Source of the DNA: a virus
IMG/VR virus record: IMGVR_UViG_3300011269_000001
Strand: one strand, 5' to 3'
DNA length: 64,000 nucleotides
The position numbers were made by a program, and so were the translations under genes. Each line of letters begins with the position of its first letter. The first letter of the stretch is position 1. Positions 28,953-38,215 of the stretch are shown in pieces. Under the pieces are notes generated by a model. That model was given only the letters and a program-made list of their open reading frames with translations, did no database searches and was not told the DNA's origin.

Positions 28953-30782
28953 ATGGCAAACGATTTCGTCAAGGTCGCACCCGATAGTACCGGTAAAGCG
29001 GTCCAGACCTTTCTTAACACTGTCGGCGGCACCCCTGTTGAAGCTCAAGGTATTGCCCTTGTCGATTCCGGAAGCGGTAGTGCTATTGCTTCCTCGACAG
29101 CCGCATTGACGGGAACCGAAATGGGTCTCGCGGTCCGACTCATTCCTAGTACAACTTTGGCTCAGCTCGTGCAGCAAGGCGCTCCGAACGCGGTGGCGGC
29201 TAACGGCTGGCCGACAAAGTTGACGGACGCTACCGGCAACATTGCCAACGTCTTCCAATTCCACAACGCTGACAATCAGGCCCTCGGCGCTTCGTCTTTC
29301 GGTTTGAACACCGGTGGCGTGGCTCAGCTCCTGAACGCCGGTGGTCGTGTTGACCGTCAGCGTGAAACCGGGACTGATAATGCCCCGGCGGCTGGCATCG
29401 CCTCTGGGTCTCAGCAACTGGCTTCGCCGATTTCCATCACTTTGGCTCAGGTGGTAACCGGCAACGTGGCTTCTCAGACTGTCAACGTCTCAGCTATCAG
29501 CGGTACGAACCGTGGCGCTGCCTGGAATATCCAACCCGGGACTGTGCTCTTAGTGGAGCCGGGCCTGGCTGCAGCTGAGGCCGTGGTTGTTACCGCGGTC
29601 GCAACCGGCCCTGCCCGAGTGACCGGTATCTTCTTGAACAGTCACTTGAATAACGGTGCTGTGACCACAGCTGCGTATAATCAAGCTCGTGATGCCACGG
29701 CCCCGGATGGTTCTACCGGTCAAGGCTTTGCGGCCGGCGCAACATTCCTTTTCAATGGTACCTTGAATACCGGTGCCGGTGGATGGGAAAGCGAACGAAG
29801 CGCCGCCGGTGAACAAGATGGTGCAACCGGCGTCGGTACAGCGGTTGCCACAGAATACTTGTTCAATAGTGGCGGTCCTCTGTTGACTGGCGCTGTTACA
29901 CCCAGTCAGTTAGGGTATGACCGAGCCCGCAATCTTCAGGGCAAAGGTCGAGGAACCTCTACTCTGGCCCAGGCCGGTACTCTGGCCGTTGGTTCTACGT
30001 CCTTGAACCTGGCTGCGGTTGTTGGCTTGATGCCTGGTTCTCCGATTATCATCGAACAGGGCCTGGCAAACGAAGAAGTTGTCTACGTTGCTACTACGGC
30101 AACTCTGCCACTGACTGCGACGGCAGTTCCTCTTGCTTCTCCGACTGTCGCCACCCACGCTAACGGCGTCGCTGCAGCTTGGGATATTTATGTCAATAAA
30201 GGCCCGGGCATCGCCGGATTCCTGGCAACTGGTATCGCCATCGCAGAAGAGGCACTCTGGGACCCCGTGTCCAACCTCTTCTACCTGGAGCGTTCTGCGA
30301 CCCAGGATGCGGTCAGCGGCCAGAACGTTGTCATGGAGAACCCGGCTCTTTGGAACGGTGCAACGTTTGACCGTGGCCGTAGCGGTTCTGCTGCTACTCT
30401 TGCGGCTCAAAGCGCTACCGGTTCTGAACTGACTACGACTCCAGGTAACTGGACTGTTGTCAGTACCCCTGCGGCTAATACTCAGGCGTCTGCGATTAAG
30501 GCTGCTGGTGCTGCCGGTGTCCGGCACGTTTGCAACTCGATTTCAGCAAGCTTCGCCGCTGGCGCGACGGCTGGCGCCGCAATCTTGGTGAACCTCTTGG
30601 ACGGTGCTGCGATTGTGTGGAGTCAATACTTGACAGCTCCAGTGGGCGATGTTCGAGCCATCGACATCACTGGTTTGAATATCGTCGGTTCTGCGGCAAC
30701 GAGCATGACCCTTCAGTTTGCGGCAGCTGGTGGCTTGACTACCCTTGAGTCTGTGACCATCGGCGGATACGACTCCATCTAA
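28953..30782 (+). CDS. Gly/Ala/Thr-rich virion (head fibre or decoration) protein
   Basis: composition, repeated xNGxx(W/F)(D/E)R motifs, GAGGAG SD. Confidence 0.65.
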   Translation: MANDFVKVAPDSTGKAVQTFLNTVGGTPVEAQGIALVDSGSGSAIASSTAALTGTEMGLAVRLIPSTTLAQLVQQGAPNAVAANGWPTKLTDATGNIANVFQFHNADNQALGASSFGLNTGGVAQLLNAGGRVDRQRETGTDNAPAAGIASGSQQLASPISITLAQVVTGNVASQTVNVSAISGTNRGAAWNIQPGTVLLVEPGLAAAEAVVVTAVATGPARVTGIFLNSHLNNGAVTTAAYNQARDATAPDGSTGQGFAAGATFLFNGTLNTGAGGWESERSAAGEQDGATGVGTAVATEYLFNSGGPLLTGAVTPSQLGYDRARNLQGKGRGTSTLAQAGTLAVGSTSLNLAAVVGLMPGSPIIIEQGLANEEVVYVATTATLPLTATAVPLASPTVATHANGVAAAWDIYVNKGPGIAGFLATGIAIAEEALWDPVSNLFYLERSATQDAVSGQNVVMENPALWNGATFDRGRSGSAATLAAQSATGSELTTTPGNWTVVSTPAANTQASAIKAAGAAGVRHVCNSISASFAAGATAGAAILVNLLDGAAIVWSQYLTAPVGDVRAIDITGLNIVGSAATSMTLQFAAAGGLTTLESVTIGGYDSI

Positions 30783-30810
30783 TAATCCTGCTTCGCTAGA
30801 CTAGGACCTA

Positions 30811-30846
30811 AGAGCCCGACTTGCTTTCCGTCAGTCGGGCTCTTTG
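30811..30846 (+). terminator. intrinsic terminator
   Basis: AGAGCCCGACT...AGTCGGGCTCT stem followed by a short T tract. Confidence 0.7.
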
Positions 30847-30893
30847 TCTATCTGGCAGCAATCTTTCCTTAAGGAACCCAGGAGCTATCCAGT

Positions 30894-33800
30894 ATGGCGT
30901 CTACAGGAATGGTACTTGACGGCGTCCTCGCGTCCGAGGCCATTGACAGCTCCGGTGAAATCCTCGACATCAAAGGCGCAGACATTTCCGACCTTGTTGA
31001 GGGCAAAGGTATTCTCAACTGGGAACACAACGGAGACCAGGGCAGTCAGGACATTGTTGGGAAAATAATCTACGCCAAGAAAATATTTTCCGAGAAAGAC
31101 TGCGACAACGACCGGGAGCTTGAGTTCTATCATAAGGTCAGGTTGCCGTTGATTTACGGCATCGGGCGCCTCTTTGACGGTTCCGGTCATCCGAATGCAG
31201 TAGCTCTGGCCGCTCAGATTCGCGACTACCTGGCCAATGACGAGCCCATCATCGTCGGCTTTTCCATCGAGGGTTCAACGCTCGAATCCAAAGACAAGAG
31301 ACTGCTCAGGACCGTGTGTCGGAAGGCGGCTCTGACGGTCAAGCCCTGTAACAAATCCTGCGTTGTCGGCGTCGTGGAAGACCCCAACGCCCCGAAGGGC
31401 TTCAAACAGAAACCAGATGACAGCCTGAAGCTTAACGAGCACCCTAATTACACTCGACTCGGCGGCTCTGAGTTACAGTTCAATCCGGTTCTGGATGGTG
31501 ATGTCCTCCAGCGGGCATTGGCCAAAGTTGAATCCGTCCGGAAGGCTCTTGAAGCCGGGAACTATAACGTGGCTCCTTCGGCTATGACCGGCGGCGCTGC
31601 CCTTCAAGTCGAAGACCGAAGTCTGCACCTGGCTCATCTCCGCAATCAGGCCCGGGCAGCACTTAGGGACTGGGACCGGAAGACGCCGTTTCGTGAGGTC
31701 CTGAAGCACAAGCTCCCAGAGGCCAGTGACGATTTCATCGACCGATTCTCGAACCTCGTCGATAATTACACGATGAAGCTCAGGAAGGCTCAGGAATCTT
31801 TTTCCAAGTGCATGGAATGCTCAAAGCCGCCCAGATACGAGGCCCGGTGGGCTGAAGGCATGGCCAGGGTCTGGTTCTGCGAAGACCATTGGCCTCAGTG
31901 GGAAGAAAAGCACCAAGACGACATCGACTTTGTCCGGAAGCTGACTGACGCCCGGGTCGGAAGTAAGTATGGTGAGGCTCCTGGGGAAACTCTTCAGAAA
32001 GCCGAAAAAGAATCATTGAACTGGACTGCCGGAAAGCAATCATGGGCTGGGGAAACAAAAGTACATTCTGCCGGAGCCCGTCATGGAGAATACCACGTAT
32101 TGCCACACCAATCGGGAGGTTTTGACGTCCAGTATTACAAAAAAGGGCACGACTCTCTAAGGTCATCTGCTAAAGCCTCCACTCTTGAGAATGCCAAAGA
32201 ACTTGCTTCTCAGCATCATAATTCTGGGGAATGGAAACTTTACAAGAAGGAAGGTGAACCTCGAAAGCCTGGTAGCCGTGGCAGTCAAGCCCCGTCATTT
32301 AAGAAATGGGTAGAAAGTGGCAAGGCCGAGACTGAGCAAGCCACCATCCGCGGCAAACCCGTGCAGCCGAATCCTCAAATCAAGCAACCTCATTTCGACG
32401 AGAAAGCCGGAATTCTGCATACCCCAAAGGGCAGCTTCCCGATGTATATCCCCTCTCGGGATAAAGAGAACAAGGGCGCTGGTGAAGCTTTCCACAATAT
32501 CCTCAATGACCCCAAACTCAGCAAGTTTCACGATTATGCTACTGAGAACTGGGCCCAGGTTCATAAGCTTCTGAAAGAAGGGAAACTCCCCGAGGAAGTC
32601 ATTATGCACGGAGTTCTCTTCTCCCAGCTCAGCCCTAATACTCCGGTGCCGGTGCAGGAATTGATGTACGGTCATCTTGTGGATTCGATGAAGCACACGG
32701 GCCTGGACCCTCGACATTCCGAATTTTCGAACATCCGTCAGGATTGGCTAGGTCGAGACAATCCGTCAGTGTTCCCAGAGCATGGCCGCAGCCATTTCGA
32801 ACGGCTCCAAGAAGAACTCCGGAATAAGAGAGACTCGAAGCTCACTAACCGCAAGGCCGGGGATATCAGCAGCTTCATGTTGGCGAACAATAAGTTCAAG
32901 AACATGGAGAAGTACCATACTCTCCACCAAGGTCTTGTGGAATTGGTAAATCGCCATCGCCATGATGCCCGCTCCGCCGTCCAGGAGCTGATGGACCACA
33001 AACACCGCGCCATGCTCTGGAATTCGAAGCGAAATCGGGACATCGATAAAGGTCTTCCAGACCCTGGCGAATACCAAGGCCCAGTGGTTCCTGGTCTTGC
33101 TCCCAAGACGGCCAGGTATACGTACGGGATGATGGGTGGTGGAAACGTCATAGTCCCGGATACGCACATGAGCCGGTATCTGTTCGGGTTGGAGAAGGGC
33201 AAAGACAATCCGACGATTTCTTACGTCAAGGACCTGCTCTGGAATCCGAACAACAGTGAAGTCCTGAACGCCATCGACCGCTATTACGCCAAGCACCATG
33301 ACGCCGTCAAGCACATGCGCGAGCATCCGCGTTGGGGCTCGGAATTTGAATCAGACGAAGACGCTATCTTCCCAGCGTTTTGGAAGAATTGGGTTGCCAT
33401 CGCTCCTCACGAAAAATTCCGCGGCCTGTCGACTCTGGCTCATAATGAGGCCACCGACCATCGACCTTTCTGGGAAGCAATTGCTCCGCATCTGACCAAG
33501 AACGAAGGCGAATCCCTGGATACGTCTTTGCCCGAGAAGACTGCCATAACCATGCATTCTTGGGTCAAGGAATATGGCGAAGTTCCGGCAATGATGCTCT
33601 ACTATCGATACCTGGCACCGCAGCTGTTAGAGGCTGCCAAGCGCCGGTTAAATAAGAAACCGAATCCGGTGATGAAGTTCGAGGCCATGACCATTGAACT
33701 CCGGAAGGCTTTCGGCGACCCGAATATTTTTGACCGACAGGGTCTTAAGTCGCCGGCTAAGGCGGTATTGGGTACTCCGGAACGGGCGAAAGCTTACGCT

Positions 33801-34742
33801 CAGGAATTTGCTCAAAAGAATGAGCAGAACCGGCTGCGAAATATTGTTGATTCTCAGCGTCATAGTGTCGGTGAGTACAATCAGCGCCCGGAACAACATA
33901 AGCTTGTCCACGGCCTTGATTTCAACAAGGAAGGCAGACGACCGGAAGCCCCTACGGCTCAAAGCGAAATGTCTCATTGGCGGAAAGCTCCAACTGGGTC
34001 TTGGGCGTTTGTAAAAGGGAGTTCTATCATACACCGGAGCGCCTATACGCCTGCGGGGGGTGGCAAGGCCCTGACTGAGCCTCACGAAGCTTTCAACGAA
34101 GCACGGCGCGAGGGATTGTTTCATAACCTAGCCCACAACGTTTTCAAGCTCGGCAATTACCTGCCCACGGTCTCGGTGGTACACCATCCAGATTCCGGCG
34201 ACGAACTTGCAGTCATCGAGAAAATCAAAGGCGGCGAGCATTACCATGATTCTCCTCAACACCGGGCAATGCTTCAGCAATTGGGTGATAGCGGTGAACT
34301 CGACAAGTTGATGGCTCAAGACCTTATCCTGGGAGTGCCAGACCGACATGACCACAACTGGATGGTAACGCCCAAAGGAATGAAGGTCCTTGACCATGGA
34401 TATGCTTTTGAGGACCCGGGCAACATTCCCGACTATATCGAGCGGTATTCATTTCTGGGCAGAGACTTCAAAAGCATGAAGCCTCACGAGCTTACCGAAC
34501 TTGCCCGGAATTGGACCGGCGCTCCGGTGCACGATAGCGCCCGTCAATTCATCAGAGACATTGACGAGGATGCTCTCCGTCATGAGATGGTCAGGCATCA
34601 GGCCCCGCAGCATATCATCGAACAGACGATGGAAAGACTCCGGAAGGCAAAGGAAATAAACGATGACGAGAAATTCAAGCACGGACTTCCGAGGATGAAA
34701 CTCTGGAATTCACACGCTTACCGTGGTCCCGAGGATTACTAA
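30894..34742 (+). CDS. prohead protease polyprotein: protease + capsid-like peptide + small Cys/His domain + HhH-GPD glycosylase-like domain + PI3/4K/HipA-like kinase
   Basis: protease DSSGEIL, NWEH, GFSIEG, ALTVKPCN; HhH PGLAPKTARY...VPDTH; kinase FVK...REG...DRHDHN...LDHG. Confidence 0.8.
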   Translation: MASTGMVLDGVLASEAIDSSGEILDIKGADISDLVEGKGILNWEHNGDQGSQDIVGKIIYAKKIFSEKDCDNDRELEFYHKVRLPLIYGIGRLFDGSGHPNAVALAAQIRDYLANDEPIIVGFSIEGSTLESKDKRLLRTVCRKAALTVKPCNKSCVVGVVEDPNAPKGFKQKPDDSLKLNEHPNYTRLGGSELQFNPVLDGDVLQRALAKVESVRKALEAGNYNVAPSAMTGGAALQVEDRSLHLAHLRNQARAALRDWDRKTPFREVLKHKLPEASDDFIDRFSNLVDNYTMKLRKAQESFSKCMECSKPPRYEARWAEGMARVWFCEDHWPQWEEKHQDDIDFVRKLTDARVGSKYGEAPGETLQKAEKESLNWTAGKQSWAGETKVHSAGARHGEYHVLPHQSGGFDVQYYKKGHDSLRSSAKASTLENAKELASQHHNSGEWKLYKKEGEPRKPGSRGSQAPSFKKWVESGKAETEQATIRGKPVQPNPQIKQPHFDEKAGILHTPKGSFPMYIPSRDKENKGAGEAFHNILNDPKLSKFHDYATENWAQVHKLLKEGKLPEEVIMHGVLFSQLSPNTPVPVQELMYGHLVDSMKHTGLDPRHSEFSNIRQDWLGRDNPSVFPEHGRSHFERLQEELRNKRDSKLTNRKAGDISSFMLANNKFKNMEKYHTLHQGLVELVNRHRHDARSAVQELMDHKHRAMLWNSKRNRDIDKGLPDPGEYQGPVVPGLAPKTARYTYGMMGGGNVIVPDTHMSRYLFGLEKGKDNPTISYVKDLLWNPNNSEVLNAIDRYYAKHHDAVKHMREHPRWGSEFESDEDAIFPAFWKNWVAIAPHEKFRGLSTLAHNEATDHRPFWEAIAPHLTKNEGESLDTSLPEKTAITMHSWVKEYGEVPAMMLYYRYLAPQLLEAAKRRLNKKPNPVMKFEAMTIELRKAFGDPNIFDRQGLKSPAKAVLGTPERAKAYAQEFAQKNEQNRLRNIVDSQRHSVGEYNQRPEQHKLVHGLDFNKEGRRPEAPTAQSEMSHWRKAPTGSWAFVKGSSIIHRSAYTPAGGGKALTEPHEAFNEARREGLFHNLAHNVFKLGNYLPTVSVVHHPDSGDELAVIEKIKGGEHYHDSPQHRAMLQQLGDSGELDKLMAQDLILGVPDRHDHNWMVTPKGMKVLDHGYAFEDPGNIPDYIERYSFLGRDFKSMKPHELTELARNWTGAPVHDSARQFIRDIDEDALRHEMVRHQAPQHIIEQTMERLRKAKEINDDEKFKHGLPRMKLWNSHAYRGPEDY

Positions 34743-35878
34743 TGGACATTCAACATGAGAACATCTGGCTGGTCTTTGCCGTGCATCCCAAAGATGGAAG
34801 TGACACGATAGAGCGAAGCCTTGTCGGGAAATTCAGCCTACATGATGGCAGACTGGACGTCCTGGAAGACCATGTAGGTTTTCTCAGGGACTTGGAGCGG
34901 CAACCTCCGGCCGTGGCGACGCGGAAAATCTGGTCTATGGAGCATTCACCATACCTGCAGCTCATCAGTCTCGAAGAGCTGAAGCAGGGCGAACATCCTG
35001 ACCTACAGCCGTACTTGACAATGGTTCATGGTAAACTCGAAGATGTCGAACAGCCAAAGGGAGAGAATGTTTTCGAGTACCATCGACAGGGCATGGAAGC
35101 GCCTCAGACCGTCACCGTCAATGAAGATGGCACCGTCCTCCTTGATGGCCACGAGCTTATCCCCGAGGAAGTCCAGAGACTTCTCCAGAACGCAGCGCAG
35201 GGCGTTGCCACAATCCGTTATCCCCAGGACCACGAAGACCAGGCCATGCAGAAGATGGAGGCATTGCTAATGAGTCTTGACGGCGTTGGCGAGTCTGGCC
35301 TCGGCAGGGCCATGCAAGAACTCCGCAAGGCCCAGAAGGATGGCCGCATCGAATCTTACGTCGCTGAGGAAATTGCCCGGCATCTATTCAAGGACACCTT
35401 GGTTCCGGTCATGGGGAATCTGAAAGCGTACCGAGATTTTCTCAGTCGCCCGCGGCGGGGCATCCACGTCCACATCGACGGGAACCAATTTAAGTCCATC
35501 AACGACACCCACGGTCACGAAGTCGGTAATCAGGCCATCAGGGGTATCGGGATGGCAATTCGTTCAGCTCTCGATGAAGCGATCGGACGCGCCAAAGCAA
35601 AGTCCTTTCGTACCGGCGGTGATGAATTCGTGGTCCATGTGCCAACTCACCAGGAAGCGGCTCATTTCTCTAGAGTCCTGAGGTCCAAGCTCGAAGCCCT
35701 GCCGCCTGTCGGCGGTACTCATGGCCTCAGCGTGTCAATGGGATTCGGAATGGTTCCGGAGCATGCCGAAGCAGCACTGCAACAGGCCAAGGAAGCCAGC
35801 CACCAGGCCAATTATCAGCCGGGCAAGGCTCAGCATCACGTCCATAGTTTAGTTCCGGGTTCTGAGGGAGCCTTGTGA
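34742..35878 (+). CDS. GGDEF-domain nucleotide cyclase with N-terminal extension
   Basis: IDGNQFKSINDTHGHEVGN, FRTGGDEF, SVSMG, AEAALQQAK; TAATG overlap with the protease gene. Confidence 0.88.
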   Translation: MDIQHENIWLVFAVHPKDGSDTIERSLVGKFSLHDGRLDVLEDHVGFLRDLERQPPAVATRKIWSMEHSPYLQLISLEELKQGEHPDLQPYLTMVHGKLEDVEQPKGENVFEYHRQGMEAPQTVTVNEDGTVLLDGHELIPEEVQRLLQNAAQGVATIRYPQDHEDQAMQKMEALLMSLDGVGESGLGRAMQELRKAQKDGRIESYVAEEIARHLFKDTLVPVMGNLKAYRDFLSRPRRGIHVHIDGNQFKSINDTHGHEVGNQAIRGIGMAIRSALDEAIGRAKAKSFRTGGDEFVVHVPTHQEAAHFSRVLRSKLEALPPVGGTHGLSVSMGFGMVPEHAEAALQQAKEASHQANYQPGKAQHHVHSLVPGSEGAL

Positions 35879-35977
35879 GGATAAACAAAACTTGCGGGTG
35901 TTTGGAACTTCCGCACTATGCCAAAGGTATGTGTATTCGAACTGCCATCGGCTAAAGGACCTGGGTTCGCCAACACG

Positions 35978-36292
35978 CTATTTCTTAGCGCAATCCTTAC
36001 AGATTTTCTTCCGGCCGTAGAACTGCAAGTCCACTGACAGGACTTCCAAGCAGGTTTGGCATTGCCGCAGGTTTCGCCTGGCGTTGCACCGCCGGCAGGC
36101 TCTGTTCACGTCCAGGGGCCGGTTGTTCCCGCAGACTTCACAGACCGTATCCGGGTACTGGCGCCGATAATATTCTTGGCTTCGGCACTTCCGGCACCAG
36201 GACGTAACCTCTCTCTTCCTGTCCCGGTGGGGACTCTCGTGGAACTGATTCTTGGGCTTGGGGAGGCCACACTTTGAGCAGACGTAGTTCAC
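35978..36292 (-). CDS. Cys-rich multi-zinc-finger protein
   Basis: six CxxC pairs; antisense to the head operon. Confidence 0.6.
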   Translation of the reverse strand: MNYVCSKCGLPKPKNQFHESPHRDRKREVTSWCRKCRSQEYYRRQYPDTVCEVCGNNRPLDVNRACRRCNARRNLRQCQTCLEVLSVDLQFYGRKKICKDCAKK

Positions 36293-36394
36293 GAAACAAA
36301 AGATTGTCGCTTCACACAATTTTTGTTCCAGCTGAGAGGCAATCTAATCCTTTGCACAAGACTTTTCAACCAACTTCTCTGAAGGAGAAAGACC

Positions 36395-36850
36395 ATGGGG
36401 CTCACTTCCTCGAAAGCAAACAGCATCGCAGGCGAACTACTTGACGCGCTTCAAAAGCGTTTTGGTAAGGCGACCGCTACTGACGGTGGCTTGGACACGG
36501 ACGGAAACCGTCTCATTAAGTACGGTCCCGGTACGGCCGGCAGCCAGTCGGCGCTCATCAAGGTCAGCGCGTTCCCGAACATTGGAGCAGATGTCCTTGG
36601 TCTGCAGCAACAGTCTTACAGCCCGACGCTGATTCAGATGGTCCTGGAAACCAGCACCATCGCCAACGTTGCGCTTCTGCAATCTGCGACCCTGATTCCG
36701 CTTAGCGATGAAATCGCGAAATTCGGGACCCGAGTTGAATTGTTCATGACCGCAAATCTCACGGGTCCTTCGGCAGCAGGTATCACGGGCAACCCCGTTG
36801 CAGTGTACGACGGCGCTTCGCTCCAGTACCGGCAATTGGCGAGCTTGTAA
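36395..36850 (+). CDS. virion/head protein
   Basis: AAGGAG SD, upstream CAATCT motif, located before scaffold and MCP. Confidence 0.65.
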   Translation: MGLTSSKANSIAGELLDALQKRFGKATATDGGLDTDGNRLIKYGPGTAGSQSALIKVSAFPNIGADVLGLQQQSYSPTLIQMVLETSTIANVALLQSATLIPLSDEIAKFGTRVELFMTANLTGPSAAGITGNPVAVYDGASLQYRQLASL

Positions 36851-36882
36851 TCCAAAAGATTTTTTCAAGACGGGAAACGTCA

Positions 36883-38178
36883 ATGAAAATCAAAAACTCA
36901 GAGCTTATGGCAATTCTCGAAGACGTCGAAGCCGACCTAGCGAAGGCCTTCGATTCGTCTAAAGGGAACTTTGCCAAAGCTGAAGAGCGTGAGTTCGTAG
37001 AGGAAGGTCGTAAAGCCAAGGAACACGATGGCTATCACGACAGCCCCGAACATCACGACAAAGAAGTTCTGCCTGAAGTTCACAAGGCCTCTCCGTCTGC
37101 AAGTGAATCCAGTACTTCTGCCAGTAGGTCTGCCCGAAAGGCTGAAGATTCTGCTCACGGCGGCCCGGAATGGTCGAAGGTTAGAGAAGGCTCTCATTCT
37201 TCTACGGCTCAAAAGGCTGAGAGGTCTGCGAGCGAATCTTCTACGACCAGTGGTTCACTGAGCAAGGATTCACCGGATTTTGGCGACAAGTCGCCTTCTG
37301 ATGGGTCTCCGAGCGCTGCCAGCGAAGGTAGTGCCAGCGGCGGTGATAAGTCCCCTGAAGACCTTCACAGCGAATTGAGTGCTGAGGCTCAACCCGACCA
37401 GGCTCCGCCCGAGAACGGTGACCAACCCCAGGACCCAGGTGCGATGCAGTCATATAGCCCTGAGGAACTGATGTCTGAGTACCTGAAACTTCCTCCCGAG
37501 GAACTGGATATCCATCTTCAAGCTGCTATGGCGGCCAAAGAACAGCAAGCCGGTGCGCAGCAGCAACCGGCTCCTGATGCTATGGCTCAACCCCCGGCTA
37601 GCCCTTCCCCGGCAGCACCGGCACCGGCTCCTTCTCCCAGCCCCTTGGCTCAGAATGAGAACCGACTGGACGCAGTGTCCCCGAGTAAGGCCAATGGCGG
37701 ACAGAACCGCCTTCTGGATGTGAAGCCCACGGACGCCAAATCCGCAGGCCCGAGCAGACTCGCTGATGTGGCTCCGAGCAAGGAACACATGGAAAGCACG
37801 GACCCAGCAACCAAAGGAAACAAGGCCATGGGCAAGTCCGAACAAGAACAAGACAACCTCAAGAAGTCCGAAGCGGAGAAAGACTCCCTTATCAAGACTC
37901 TTCAAGAGGATGTGGAAATTCTTACCAAGGCCGTGAAACACGTCCTTGAGACTCCGGTCCGCAAGGCTGTGACCAGCATTTCTTTCATCCCCCGCGCCGA
38001 CGCGGCCCCCGCGCCTGCAGCTGAGGAAAAGAAAGCTCCACAGAATCTGAGCGATGTCCGGGCTCGGCTGAATCAACTGACCCAAGACCCCAAGTTGGCC
38101 AAGTCCGACCGTGAACTCATCACGGCTTGGTACGAGCGGCGAGCAAGTCTGGAACAGTTGGCAAAATTTTTCGAGTAA
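36883..38178 (+). CDS. capsid scaffold protein
   Basis: low complexity and acidic; many xxK[AS] sites (LAKA, FAKA, ARKA, AQKA, MGKS, LKKS, LTKA, VRKA, LAKS); immediately before MCP. Confidence 0.75.
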   Translation: MKIKNSELMAILEDVEADLAKAFDSSKGNFAKAEEREFVEEGRKAKEHDGYHDSPEHHDKEVLPEVHKASPSASESSTSASRSARKAEDSAHGGPEWSKVREGSHSSTAQKAERSASESSTTSGSLSKDSPDFGDKSPSDGSPSAASEGSASGGDKSPEDLHSELSAEAQPDQAPPENGDQPQDPGAMQSYSPEELMSEYLKLPPEELDIHLQAAMAAKEQQAGAQQQPAPDAMAQPPASPSPAAPAPAPSPSPLAQNENRLDAVSPSKANGGQNRLLDVKPTDAKSAGPSRLADVAPSKEHMESTDPATKGNKAMGKSEQEQDNLKKSEAEKDSLIKTLQEDVEILTKAVKHVLETPVRKAVTSISFIPRADAAPAPAAEEKKAPQNLSDVRARLNQLTQDPKLAKSDRELITAWYERRASLEQLAKFFE

Positions 38179-38215
38179 CACTGAAGGAAACTTTTCTTAA
38201 AACAGGAGAAACGTC

